From Oligoflexales bacterium (GTDB taxonomy: Bacteria; Bdellovibrionota_B; Oligoflexia; Oligoflexales; Bog-1112), in contig JBGCEP010000028.1 in assembly GCA_045106415.1 (NCBI GenBank), positions 1 through 64,000 of the forward strand: a stretch of 64,000 bases of DNA. The letters are read 5' to 3'. Made by a program: the position numbers and the translations under genes. Each line of letters starts with the position of its first letter. Positions within the stretch are counted from its first letter, which is position 1. Positions 1 to 9,579 of this stretch are shown in pieces. The notes under the pieces are model-generated. The model had not been told where the DNA came from. It ran no database searches and was given only the letters and a program-made list of their open reading frames with translations.

Positions 1-768
1 GAAGACGATTTTGTTTATGTCTGGGCCGATGGGGTCAATGTCAAAGTCCGTTTAGGAGAAGACAAACGCCTCTGTTTATTGGTTTTAGTGGGTGTAAACC
101 AAAACGGAGAAAAGAAACTTTTGGCTGTTGAGTCTGGATACCGTGAATCAGCAGAGTGTTGGAGTCTGGTTTTCCAAGACCTCTTGAGGCGTGGTTTGAA
201 GCCGCCACTGGCCATTATTGGTGATGGTGGTTTAGGTCTGTGGAAAGCCGTTCATCAAATCCCAGAATTTTCTGCAACAAAAGACATGCGGTGCTGGGTT
301 CATAAAATTGCGAATGTTCTCAGTCACTTTCCTAAAAAATTACAGCCTGCTGTAAAGAAACGCATGCACAACATGATGCAAGCAGAACGGAAGACTGATG
401 CTGATATCGAGCTTGCAAGATTTAAGAAAGATCTCGGACCTAAGTATCCTAAAGCTGTCACTTGCTTGGAAAAGAATTGGAGTGAGCTGACAGCCTTTTT
501 TAATTTCCCAGCTATTCATTGGCAATATCTCAGAACAACGAACCCGATTGAATCAACATTTGCCACGGTCAAGTTGAGAACAAAAACCACAAAGGGAGCG
601 GGAAACACTGATATAGCAGAGACTATGGCTTTTAAATTGATGTTGGAGGCAGAAAAAAGATGGAGAAAATTGCAGGGATATAAAGAACTTCCAGGGCTTT
701 TGAAAGGAGACCTTTACAAAGATGGCGAGTTGTTAGATATAGAACAGGTGCGAGGGAGGTTGGCATAA
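1..768 (+). CDS. IS256-family (Mutator) transposase, 5' end outside window
   Basis: Frame open from base 1 (EDDFVYVWADGVNVKVR); motifs ES..CW, IIGDG, RCWVHK, RTTNPIESTFATV. Confidence 0.92.
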   Translation, partial: EDDFVYVWADGVNVKVRLGEDKRLCLLVLVGVNQNGEKKLLAVESGYRESAECWSLVFQDLLRRGLKPPLAIIGDGGLGLWKAVHQIPEFSATKDMRCWVHKIANVLSHFPKKLQPAVKKRMHNMMQAERKTDADIELARFKKDLGPKYPKAVTCLEKNWSELTAFFNFPAIHWQYLRTTNPIESTFATVKLRTKTTKGAGNTDIAETMAFKLMLEAEKRWRKLQGYKELPGLLKGDLYKDGELLDIEQVRGRLA

Positions 769-797
769 CCCCGATCCACAACTTTCAGGCATATCTC
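1..797 (+). mobile_element. IS256-family insertion sequence, right part; right terminal inverted repeat about 773-797
   Basis: GATCCACAACTTTCAGGCATATCTC just after the transposase stop resembles IS256-type ends; composition turns AT-rich after 797. Confidence 0.75.
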
Positions 798-1272
798 TAT
801 TACAAGAAATAATTTCATCCACCGATAATACATTAATTATAAGACAAGACTTAAACGTCTTCATCCATCGATTTAACTAGAGCAATCTTCTTATCACGTG
901 ACTAAGATCTTCGTATAGCAATGATCTAATCCTTTCACCAGTCATATATAACACTCAATAAAACCAATCTGATGATTATCTCTTGGCTTTTGATAACTTT
1001 CCTCAAATAAGCATGAAAGCTTATTTTTTATGTGACTACCCGACATTGGTCACCTCTGGTTTTACTTTTTTCTTTTTCATAGCTGATATTGCAAAAGCAC
1101 AGAATAAACCATAGAGGTTCTCTTTTTCTCCACCCTTTATAAGAAGTGATATGATGAATAAATTTACACTCTGAATAAGTTACATGTTTATCGATTATTA
1201 AAATCATAGTGGAAAACAGCATCAGGCGTGATCAAAGCCGAACTTTATTATATTTTCAAAAATATTTAAAAA

Positions 1273-2736
1273 TTAAATTGTTTCATGTGGCAAAGATTCT
1301 CTTCTTGAAACATAATGCTTATATGGTCCGTAAAACCTTAAGTTAGAAACACGGGACGTATACATACAAGCATACGTCCTTATCTGATCTGCTAAACGAC
1401 TTTTTTCTAACCCAACTTTCATTGGATCACCCCATACAGCATGATGCTTTTCTTCTCGTTCTCTTATCAATTTTTTTATATCTTTTCGGATATTTAATAG
1501 TGATTTTTCTTTTTCTTCCACTTCTATCTGAATCTTAGCGCATAATTCATTTAACGATTCTACTTTTCTGTGGTCATCTCTTTGCATCGCTGTTTTCATT
1601 TGTCGCCGTGACATATTCAATTTTGATCTTTTTTTCTGCAGATCTTCATCAATATTTTCTTTTTCATGAACAATTTCTCCAATCTTTTCGACCTCATTTC
1701 GACATGATTCTAAAATAGGAAATTCATCTTCCAGTTCTTCCAAGATAAACATCGTTCTCCAATTCAAAAGACCTTTGGATTGGATGATATCTCCATACAT
1801 ATGATCCCCTATGTATAATATGTCATCACCTTTGAGCCCTGTTAACTTTTCAAATAAAGATGCGTTCCCCCCATAGTAAGAACCACCATTCTGCAACGGC
1901 CCACTATGAGTTTTTAGAAATTCTCCATTTTTTACAATTTCAAAAAATTTCTGCTGGCTATCAAAAAAACCAGGTTTTCCTGAAGCAACAATAATATATT
2001 TCCAATAGTCTTTCCAAGAATTAAAATCATCGTCTTTATGATCAAGAACATAGCTCATAATTGTGTCAGTATAGTCATAGTGAGAGTTTGTAAGAAGAAA
2101 TATTGTTTTCCCTGCATCTATCAGTCGAATAAGCATTGTTGCAATATTTTTATCTTTTCTTATGTATTTTTCTGGATGCTTCGTAACTTCATTTTTAATA
2201 GATCCGTCGCGATGAGATTCATCAATAAAAAATCTAAGATCATCGTAAACTTCTCTAAAACTTTTTTGAATAAGATTGGGATGGTTTGACATAAAATCAA
2301 TAATTTCACTAAATAATTGTACTTCACTCAAAGCAAAAAATGAATCAACAGATAAAAATTCTTGAGCTTTATAACTCTGTCTATTGTAAATCTTAGATCT
2401 TTCCTGGCGAGTCAATTGCCTCATTCCATGAAATGCTATTTTCACATATTTATGACAATCCACTTTCAAAATATTACCACGATCTCTATCAACTAAAAGA
2501 CCACGAGTTACAAATTTTGGCTTAAATTTCAAATTAGCTAATTCTGATGGATAACCTGCATCTAAGAATTTCTTCAAAGTTTCACGAAAAGCTAATGCTT
2601 CAAACTCTTCTTTATGATACGGAGCTAAAGTATGATCCATATCAAAACCTATAGCTCTAATATTTGCCATATTTAAGGATCTATTTACAAAAATTCTTTG
2701 ATTATCTTGCAAACCACTTTTAAATGTTGACATCAC
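1273..2736 (-). CDS. HAD-IG family cytosolic IMP/GMP 5'-nucleotidase (cN-II-like)
   Basis: FVNRSL, GFDMDHTL (HAD motif I), FLLTNS, KPGFF, YIGDHMYGDI. Confidence 0.9.
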   Translation of the reverse strand: MMSTFKSGLQDNQRIFVNRSLNMANIRAIGFDMDHTLAPYHKEEFEALAFRETLKKFLDAGYPSELANLKFKPKFVTRGLLVDRDRGNILKVDCHKYVKIAFHGMRQLTRQERSKIYNRQSYKAQEFLSVDSFFALSEVQLFSEIIDFMSNHPNLIQKSFREVYDDLRFFIDESHRDGSIKNEVTKHPEKYIRKDKNIATMLIRLIDAGKTIFLLTNSHYDYTDTIMSYVLDHKDDDFNSWKDYWKYIIVASGKPGFFDSQQKFFEIVKNGEFLKTHSGPLQNGGSYYGGNASLFEKLTGLKGDDILYIGDHMYGDIIQSKGLLNWRTMFILEELEDEFPILESCRNEVEKIGEIVHEKENIDEDLQKKRSKLNMSRRQMKTAMQRDDHRKVESLNELCAKIQIEVEEKEKSLLNIRKDIKKLIREREEKHHAVWGDPMKVGLEKSRLADQIRTYACMYTSRVSNLRFYGPYKHYVSRRESLPHETI

Positions 2737-3326
2737 TTTTCCTCGTCTAAAAATCTTGCACCTGCTTGAAGCCTGTCACTTTTTCGCCATTCAATCACTC
2801 TACGTACATAAACCACTTCCATCTTCACTTTTCGAAAGACTTCATTTTCAATATAAATAGATGCACTCATCGTTGTCTTATTTTTTAACAATTGTGACCA
2901 TGACACGGTTTCAAATGACATACCTGAAGAAGACAAATCTAGGATTTTTTTTCTCAATAAAGTTTTTCGATCAAATGGATTTAAAATTTCAACCTCAACA
3001 TTTTCATTATCTTCAAAAGAATATCGAGTATTTTTACGACCATCAACCAGTAAATCAGGTTCTGTTGAAGGGAAATGAATGCGCCGTCCTCCAGAAAAAA
3101 TCTGTTGAGATTGAATACTGCCTATTGATGTATGCAGAGTATAAAATTGAGCATTCATGACACGAGTAATATATTCAGGTGGTATCCTATTCTCTAAAAC
3201 AAGATATTCACCCTCAATTGATAAGACTCGAGTGGGAAAAACACCATCAACACCATGCGCTTGTAACCAAGAAACAGCATCAGTCTGTAAGAGGTGATCA
3301 ATCCATGATTTGGTCAAAGACGTCAT
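2733..3326 (-). CDS. PilZ-domain protein (c-di-GMP receptor)
   Basis: RKNTR (RxxxR) and DLSSSG (DxSxxG) motifs in the C-terminal half. Confidence 0.7.
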   Translation of the reverse strand: MTSLTKSWIDHLLQTDAVSWLQAHGVDGVFPTRVLSIEGEYLVLENRIPPEYITRVMNAQFYTLHTSIGSIQSQQIFSGGRRIHFPSTEPDLLVDGRKNTRYSFEDNENVEVEILNPFDRKTLLRKKILDLSSSGMSFETVSWSQLLKNKTTMSASIYIENEVFRKVKMEVVYVRRVIEWRKSDRLQAGARFLDEEK

Positions 3327-4293
3327 CGAAGACCTGCCTCCGAAAAATAAACTTAGGAAAAGAACTACTCAGCATCCAATCTACACTCACACCAATTTGA
3401 TGGATCCCTTCTGAGCGACCAATAGGGTAATCACCTATATGTGCTGCGTGATTATAGTAACATGAAAACCACAAGTGATGAGTCCAATATTGCCTAGCTC
3501 TTAAATTGATTGTTAAGGAATGCTCTTGACCAAGTATCAAATTATTTCTAATTTTAGATGACTCCCTATAATCGTATATAAATGAGGCATCATAAACACA
3601 ATTTGACTCTTGGTGAAGAAAAATTAATACAAACTGTGTCCGATATTGATCTAAAAGTTGATTTAAAAAATTTAACTTTTGATGATTAATTATATAGATA
3701 AATGATTTCGAGTCATTTATAGGTACATGCACTTCAAAACCAACACGAGGTTGTTCCGTATAAAAAGAAGCATCCCATAAACCATAATGCTCATCTCTTC
3801 TCCACTGAAGCCATAAAGACGCCTCTAAACCTTGTACAGAGTGTGAAAAGCTCATTTCTGATACCGTTCTATGTCCTTGATTCAAAAAGTCTGTCCTATC
3901 TTTATCTTGTAGCACCCAAGAACCATGAACTTGATATATACGTTGAAACAACATGCTTTCCATTTTTATAAAATGAAAAGTATACTTCCCTTCCCATGAA
4001 AGGTCATAAAATCGTCTTTTAACTAAAAAATCAGAAAGATATGATGATAAAAACTCAGATTCAGAGATGACAGAACTTATCTGACTCTCTCCTTCCCCTA
4101 AATGATACAGCGCCGAAGTTCTTCCTTCTAATACAAAAGCAGCATCTAATTGACTCTGTTGGGAGTCTTTTAAAGAACCAATGGAAGAAGAGCTTAACTC
4201 AGCATTCCATTTTAAGTGGGCTAAAGAAAAGCCATTTATTGGACTTACCTCACCTAGAACGAATATCATAATATAAAAATAAAGAAAGGCCAT
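3298..4293 (-). CDS. Hypothetical exported protein, possibly an outer-membrane beta-barrel (start may be 4269)
   Basis: Long ORF with hydrophobic N-terminus and alternating aromatic beta-strand pattern. Confidence 0.45.
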   Translation of the reverse strand: MAFLYFYIMIFVLGEVSPINGFSLAHLKWNAELSSSSIGSLKDSQQSQLDAAFVLEGRTSALYHLGEGESQISSVISESEFLSSYLSDFLVKRRFYDLSWEGKYTFHFIKMESMLFQRIYQVHGSWVLQDKDRTDFLNQGHRTVSEMSFSHSVQGLEASLWLQWRRDEHYGLWDASFYTEQPRVGFEVHVPINDSKSFIYIINHQKLNFLNQLLDQYRTQFVLIFLHQESNCVYDASFIYDYRESSKIRNNLILGQEHSLTINLRARQYWTHHLWFSCYYNHAAHIGDYPIGRSEGIHQIGVSVDWMLSSSFPKFIFRRQVFDDVFDQIMD

Positions 4294-4297
4294 ATCT

Positions 4298-5065
4298 ATG
4301 CCCTCAAATCACAAATCGGCCGGAATACATATTGCAGGAGCAAATAGCTCTAAAACAAGTATTGTTATCATGCAAATGACTTCTACTCAAAAATATAAAA
4401 TTACTGATATCCATCAACATCTAGGCCCTCGATCTTATCTTTCATCGGATGATAGAATTGAGCATATTCTCCAACATCCCACAGTGATTAAAGATGTTGT
4501 TATTGATGCGCCACTCTCTCTTCCACCATGTGTCCGTTGTGTACGGAGTATCTGCCCCGGTTTTATACATTGCGATGATACTGCAATTGCTTGTTTATTA
4601 AAAATAGATAAAGAAAGAAAAAGAAAAACACTTTGCAATCCTCAAACCCACAGATTATGGGATATTTATAAACCTGACATCATAACAGATCATAGCAGCC
4701 GCTCAAGTCTCGTTACAAGATCCTTAACATTACAAAAGAGGCTTAGAGTCTCGAATATTGAACTAAAAGAAACCTCTGTCCCTGATACTTTAAAAATTTT
4801 AGATCCTCACACTCCTTACAACAGTTATAAACACTTTGAAAAAGGTTCTTTTTTCCGAAAAAAATATTTAGACAAACTTCAAAAATGGATCATTTATTCA
4901 AACAATGATAGAGAAAAACTTAACGACCTTGAAGTTTTTCAAGCCTTCATTTGTTCATGGATAGCAGCCATGTCCTTTCATAAAAGCACACAAGAAAAAC
5001 CAATTTTTTTTCCTAAGGAAGAATCTTTCCCACAACTCCCACTTACGCACCTAAATAGTCTCTAA
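4298..5065 (+). CDS. DUF429-like RNase H-fold predicted nuclease
   Basis: GIHIAG..KT and VIDAPLSLP motifs; Cys-rich insert. Confidence 0.6.
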   Translation: MPSNHKSAGIHIAGANSSKTSIVIMQMTSTQKYKITDIHQHLGPRSYLSSDDRIEHILQHPTVIKDVVIDAPLSLPPCVRCVRSICPGFIHCDDTAIACLLKIDKERKRKTLCNPQTHRLWDIYKPDIITDHSSRSSLVTRSLTLQKRLRVSNIELKETSVPDTLKILDPHTPYNSYKHFEKGSFFRKKYLDKLQKWIIYSNNDREKLNDLEVFQAFICSWIAAMSFHKSTQEKPIFFPKEESFPQLPLTHLNSL

Positions 5066-6182
5066 GAGATCTCAGGGCACTTTTTAAAGTTTCTTCAGAC
5101 TTACAGAAACTAAAACGAATAAAACTCTGAAGAGGAGATAAACAAAAAGAAGAAACTGGTATGCATGCAACTTTTGCTTTCTGTGTTAATTCAATCGCAT
5201 AGCTCACGTCATCTTTTAAACCTGGGATTTCTGCTAATGCAAAATAACTTCCTTGTGGGGTATGAGATTTCCAACCTAAGCTTCTTAGGCCATTCACCAA
5301 TAAATCTCGTCGTCTTTGATAATCAGATTTAAAATCGACATAATATTGTGGGTTCAAATGAAATGCCTGTATCATTCCATATTGCAAAGGAGTTGCAGAG
5401 CAAAACACTGTATATTGATGAACTTTAAGCATCGCAGATAATAGACGCTGTGGGGCACAAGCATAGCCAATCTTCCAACCTGTCATTCCAAATGTTTTGG
5501 AGGTTGACGAAATAGTCACTGTTCGCTCCCACATCTGAGGAAGAGTTGCTATCGGTGTATGCTGAACATCATCATAAATCAACTTTTCATAGACCTCATC
5601 TGACAAAACATAAAAGTCATATTTTTTTGCATATTCAGCAATAAAATCTAGATCATTTTTGCTAAAGACTTTCCCCGTTGGGTTATGAGGAGTGTTTAAA
5701 ATTAATAATTTTGTTTTTCTTGAAACTTTTTCTAAAAACACTTCTTTATTTAAGGACCAATCATGTGAATTTAATGGTATCGTTGAGAATTTTGCATATG
5801 CAGCATGAGCAGCTCCTTGGTATGAGTCATAAAACGGCTCAAATGCTAAAACCTCTTCTCCGTAATCAACCAAAGCTAAGACACAACACCAAATCGCTTC
5901 TGTAGCCCCAGAAAAAACACCTACTGATTTTTCACAATTATAATCAAGATCATATTCTTTTTTATAAGAAGCAGAAATTAAAGATCTTAATCCTAGAATT
6001 CCTTGCGATGGAGCATATTGATTCTGAGATGACTGAAGAGATTGAACTGCCCCTTGAACAAGATCTTCAGGACCATCAAAGTCAGGAAATCCTTGTGCTA
6101 AATTAATCGCACCGCAATTTTTCGCAAGACCGCTCATCTTTGCGAAAATTGATGTTTCAAAATGATCCCATCGTGTTTTCAT
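5043..6182 (-). CDS. PLP-dependent class I/II aminotransferase (YbdL/kynurenine-methionine type)
   Basis: INLAQGFPDF, NTPHNPTGKV, DEVYE, SKTFGMTGWKIG; start chosen at ATG 6182 with GGGGA SD. Confidence 0.9.
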   Translation of the reverse strand: MKTRWDHFETSIFAKMSGLAKNCGAINLAQGFPDFDGPEDLVQGAVQSLQSSQNQYAPSQGILGLRSLISASYKKEYDLDYNCEKSVGVFSGATEAIWCCVLALVDYGEEVLAFEPFYDSYQGAAHAAYAKFSTIPLNSHDWSLNKEVFLEKVSRKTKLLILNTPHNPTGKVFSKNDLDFIAEYAKKYDFYVLSDEVYEKLIYDDVQHTPIATLPQMWERTVTISSTSKTFGMTGWKIGYACAPQRLLSAMLKVHQYTVFCSATPLQYGMIQAFHLNPQYYVDFKSDYQRRRDLLVNGLRSLGWKSHTPQGSYFALAEIPGLKDDVSYAIELTQKAKVACIPVSSFCLSPLQSFIRFSFCKSEETLKSALRSLRDYLGA

Positions 6183-6375
6183 TACATCCCCATCTTTTGA
6201 TTTCATCAAATATATCAAAAAATACATCCGTTATCAATTGCTGCAAATATAGATATATATATTTATCATCATCGCTATTTACACCAAAAAAAATCAACAC
6301 TGATCATTAAACTTTTATATAGTTTTTTTCAGCTCTTCCGATAAATAAGAAGTACTCTTATCAATTGAGGAAATT

Positions 6376-7104
6376 ATGCCCATCAGAATGGAGGGCGCAA
6401 CGGATGTCGGAAGACTTCGAAGCGCAAATCAGGACAGTATTTATTACCATGAGTCGTTCGGCATTGGTATTGTTGCTGATGGTGTCGGAGGCCGAAAAGG
6501 TGGCGAAGTTGCCTCAAGTATGGCTGTTAATATTATTCGGCAAGCATACCTTGAATGTGATCGAATTGGGTATGATGAGGTTCCTTCTTTTCTCAGAGAA
6601 GTCATTCAAAGAGCAAACAGAGAAATTTTAGAAAGAGGCCTACTTGATGAAAACATTCAAGGAATGGGGACAACTGTAAACTGTTTAATTTTTCTTGGAG
6701 ATCACATTCATATTGGTCACGTTGGTGATAGCCGCACTTATCTTTATCATGAGCAAAATATGTGGCAACTGACAGTCGATCATAATGTCCAGACGATGTT
6801 ACAAAGAGGTAAAATTCAAAAACAGCAAATTAATGCACAATCCAGTGGTGGGGCACTTGTCCGAGCTCTAGGGCTCACTGATTACTGTGAAGTCGATTTA
6901 TATGAAAAAATACTAACTCCTGGAGAGATTTACATCACAGCTTCCGATGGACTTTTCGATATGGTTCCTGACAAAGATATTACAAGAATTATCACTGAAT
7001 ATAAACACAACCTCAAAGAACTTCCACTCAAGCTTATCGAAGAAGCAAATCGAAGAGGTGGAAAAGACAACATTACAGTCCTAGTCTCTCAAGTGGAGCC
7101 CTAG
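6376..7104 (+). CDS. PP2C-family Ser/Thr protein phosphatase (Stp1-like)
   Basis: GRLRSANQD, VADGVGG, MGTT, HVGDSR, SDGL, GGKDNIT. Confidence 0.93.
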   Translation: MPIRMEGATDVGRLRSANQDSIYYHESFGIGIVADGVGGRKGGEVASSMAVNIIRQAYLECDRIGYDEVPSFLREVIQRANREILERGLLDENIQGMGTTVNCLIFLGDHIHIGHVGDSRTYLYHEQNMWQLTVDHNVQTMLQRGKIQKQQINAQSSGGALVRALGLTDYCEVDLYEKILTPGEIYITASDGLFDMVPDKDITRIITEYKHNLKELPLKLIEEANRRGGKDNITVLVSQVEP

Positions 7105-8393
7105 TGAATCAGAAACCTTATATCATAAGAAAAATTAATGGGACTATTTTAGGCCCATATCATTCCACAGATATAAAAAGCCTTTTCGAAGCAAAGAAAA
7201 TCACAAAAATTGATGAAATTTGCGCTTCCCAAGGAAGATGGCTCTTCTTAAAAGGTAATATTAATCTTCAAAACACCTACCCTGAAATTTACTCTATTGT
7301 AAAAACTCAAAAATCTTTAGAATGGGATGAAGATACTGACCTAACAAAAATTCATAATCAAACGTCTCCACGGTCTTATTTTTTTCCTATATTCAGCATT
7401 GTTTTCACCTTATCTGTTGCTATTTTTTGGTCTTACAACAACTCCTCACCAGAAAACAAGACATCTAATCTTCTTAAAAAAGTAGAAAAAATACATATTC
7501 AAAAAAGAGGTTTTTCTCTTTGGTTTGACGACCATTTATCAGAAATTATAAAAGAAAGTAGGAATCCATCTCTACAAAAAAAATGGCTTCCATACCTTCG
7601 GAAATACGCATATCAAAATAATGGATTTATCCAAGGTTTAAACCCTAATATTCTTCGAGGAACTCCTATTGCTCCAGCTCCAACCCAATGCACAAAAGAT
7701 CATTGGATTCAAAGATGGAAGAAAAAATCACGTATTTGGATGCAAGCAACAAAAGATCCAGATGCGACTTGGCCGGACTGGATGCTTATTCTCACTTGGG
7801 ACCCACACTGGCTACGAACGCATCATCAAACTGATTGGACTTACCCTCAGAACTACATGTCAGGATGCTTATTAATGGCTAAAAAAGGATTAGATGAGGT
7901 GTTAGAAAATCCTAAATTTGTCAAAAAGTTCCTTTCTGAATCAAATTCTTCTCACCGATCAGCAATTACTTGGATTGGAGCTCGGCTTCAATGGCAAACA
8001 CATTACCTTACAACACATCTACCCCCTCCTCATCAACCTTCTATTAAACTCATGGGCCCTCTATGGTGCCTTGAAGCGACACAGAGAACTGATTTTGAAC
8101 ACTGCCATTCAGGTAAGTTCATTGCAGAACAAGACAAAAGTTTTCACATCCGAAAAATGGCACAAATAGCACGCTATATTATTCGTGACTCTTCTAATTT
8201 AGAGATAAGTATCGATCAATTAAACAAAGATATAGAAAAAATAACGGACTATGAAGATCCTATCAATGGATTCAACTACTCAGCAGAACTACGATTTCTT
8301 TCTCTTTTTATCAAGTCTGAAGGGAAAAATTCATCTATACGCCCACGCTTTGAATCTGAATACCCTTCTGTTCATCTCTATCATTTACCATAG
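7104..8393 (+). CDS. Hypothetical single-pass membrane protein with GYF-like N-terminal domain
   Basis: N-terminal ILGPY..DI...F..KKI...DEI...W pattern, one TM segment, overlaps the PP2C stop. Confidence 0.5.
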   Translation: MNQKPYIIRKINGTILGPYHSTDIKSLFEAKKITKIDEICASQGRWLFLKGNINLQNTYPEIYSIVKTQKSLEWDEDTDLTKIHNQTSPRSYFFPIFSIVFTLSVAIFWSYNNSSPENKTSNLLKKVEKIHIQKRGFSLWFDDHLSEIIKESRNPSLQKKWLPYLRKYAYQNNGFIQGLNPNILRGTPIAPAPTQCTKDHWIQRWKKKSRIWMQATKDPDATWPDWMLILTWDPHWLRTHHQTDWTYPQNYMSGCLLMAKKGLDEVLENPKFVKKFLSESNSSHRSAITWIGARLQWQTHYLTTHLPPPHQPSIKLMGPLWCLEATQRTDFEHCHSGKFIAEQDKSFHIRKMAQIARYIIRDSSNLEISIDQLNKDIEKITDYEDPINGFNYSAELRFLSLFIKSEGKNSSIRPRFESEYPSVHLYHLP

Positions 8394-9579
8394 CTAATTT
8401 CCATAGTCGCAACGCAGAGTTTTTAGGTTTTAGATACATAAGATTTGCATCTTTTTGTAAAATAGCCCCTGCTTTATGACCAGCTTCATCTCCGGTTCCC
8501 CAGAAAAGATCTACTCGATTGGGCCCTCGGATTGCTCCACCTCTATCTTGATTTAAAACAAAACGATGAATTTTTTTCCCTCCTTGGTCAGGATCTTTAA
8601 ATTTTAAGATACCAAGAATTCCTTTATCAAAAAATTCGTTATCAGTTGCCACTGTATGCCCATCGACAACTTCAGTTCCATTTGATGTTTTAGGCCGTCC
8701 TTGTAGTTCTTGAAAAAACACATAACTCGGATCACTATGCATGATTTCTAAAGCTTTTTGACTTGAAAGGCCTCTAAGGTAAGATTTAATAGAATCCATA
8801 GACATTTTTTCACGAGGGATCACACCTAATAAAGACCTTCCAATAGGATAGAAAGAGTGTCCATTTTGGCTTGCATATCCTAATCGAACTTTCTTCTTTT
8901 TTTGATCTAAAATATTAATTTGACCAGACCCTTGAATCTGCATAAAAAACCCTTCTATAGGATCAACCCAAGCAAAAACCTTTGTGTTTTTCAAGGTTTT
9001 TTTATCAATTTCATGACGTTTAAAATACTCAATGATTTTTTGTGTCTCTATATGGGACGATGGAGGTTTTTTAAAACGCCCATATAACTTCTGTTTTGTA
9101 ATAACAACCTCAATTAAATCTTGAGGGACCCCATAAATAGGCATTGTATATGGATAGACAGCTTCATTTACACCATTTATAACAGGCTCAAAATAAGAGG
9201 TTAAAAGAACAGACTCTTTTTGATTTTCTCCCACAACTCTATAAACATCAAAATAACTTTTCACAAAATTTGAAAGATGACTAGGATCACTCACACAAAC
9301 ATCATGTATTTTATGCAAACTTAAAGCATAATCAGAAGAGCTTATTTTATCTCCACCAAATGACAAATTTTTATTTTTTCTTCTTTTAAGGTATATTTCC
9401 TGCTGATAAACACCATGACAAAAATCTTGAGTATGTTCTAGATCAATAGCATCCCAAGAAAAATCTTCATCTTTAACGAGAACATCTTCTTTTTTTATAT
9501 TTCCATCTGTCACACATGAAATAAATATTATAGATATTAAAATTTCCATGTGGTTTTTGAAAAAATTCATACTCATCAT
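8335..9579 (-). CDS. mltA: Membrane-bound lytic murein transglycosylase A
   Basis: TSYFEP, FFMQIQGSG, GYASQNGH, PSYVFF, QDRGGAIRG..RVDLFWG (3D domain); lipobox-like Cys. Confidence 0.88.
   Translation of the reverse strand: MMSMNFFKNHMEILISIIFISCVTDGNIKKEDVLVKDEDFSWDAIDLEHTQDFCHGVYQQEIYLKRRKNKNLSFGGDKISSSDYALSLHKIHDVCVSDPSHLSNFVKSYFDVYRVVGENQKESVLLTSYFEPVINGVNEAVYPYTMPIYGVPQDLIEVVITKQKLYGRFKKPPSSHIETQKIIEYFKRHEIDKKTLKNTKVFAWVDPIEGFFMQIQGSGQINILDQKKKKVRLGYASQNGHSFYPIGRSLLGVIPREKMSMDSIKSYLRGLSSQKALEIMHSDPSYVFFQELQGRPKTSNGTEVVDGHTVATDNEFFDKGILGILKFKDPDQGGKKIHRFVLNQDRGGAIRGPNRVDLFWGTGDEAGHKAGAILQKDANLMYLKPKNSALRLWKLAMVNDRDEQKGIQIQSVGV

Noticed and set aside
798..1272. 64-aa ORF 1028-1222 and other short frames next to the IS
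   Set aside because: No SD, no motif, AT-rich; treated as non-coding
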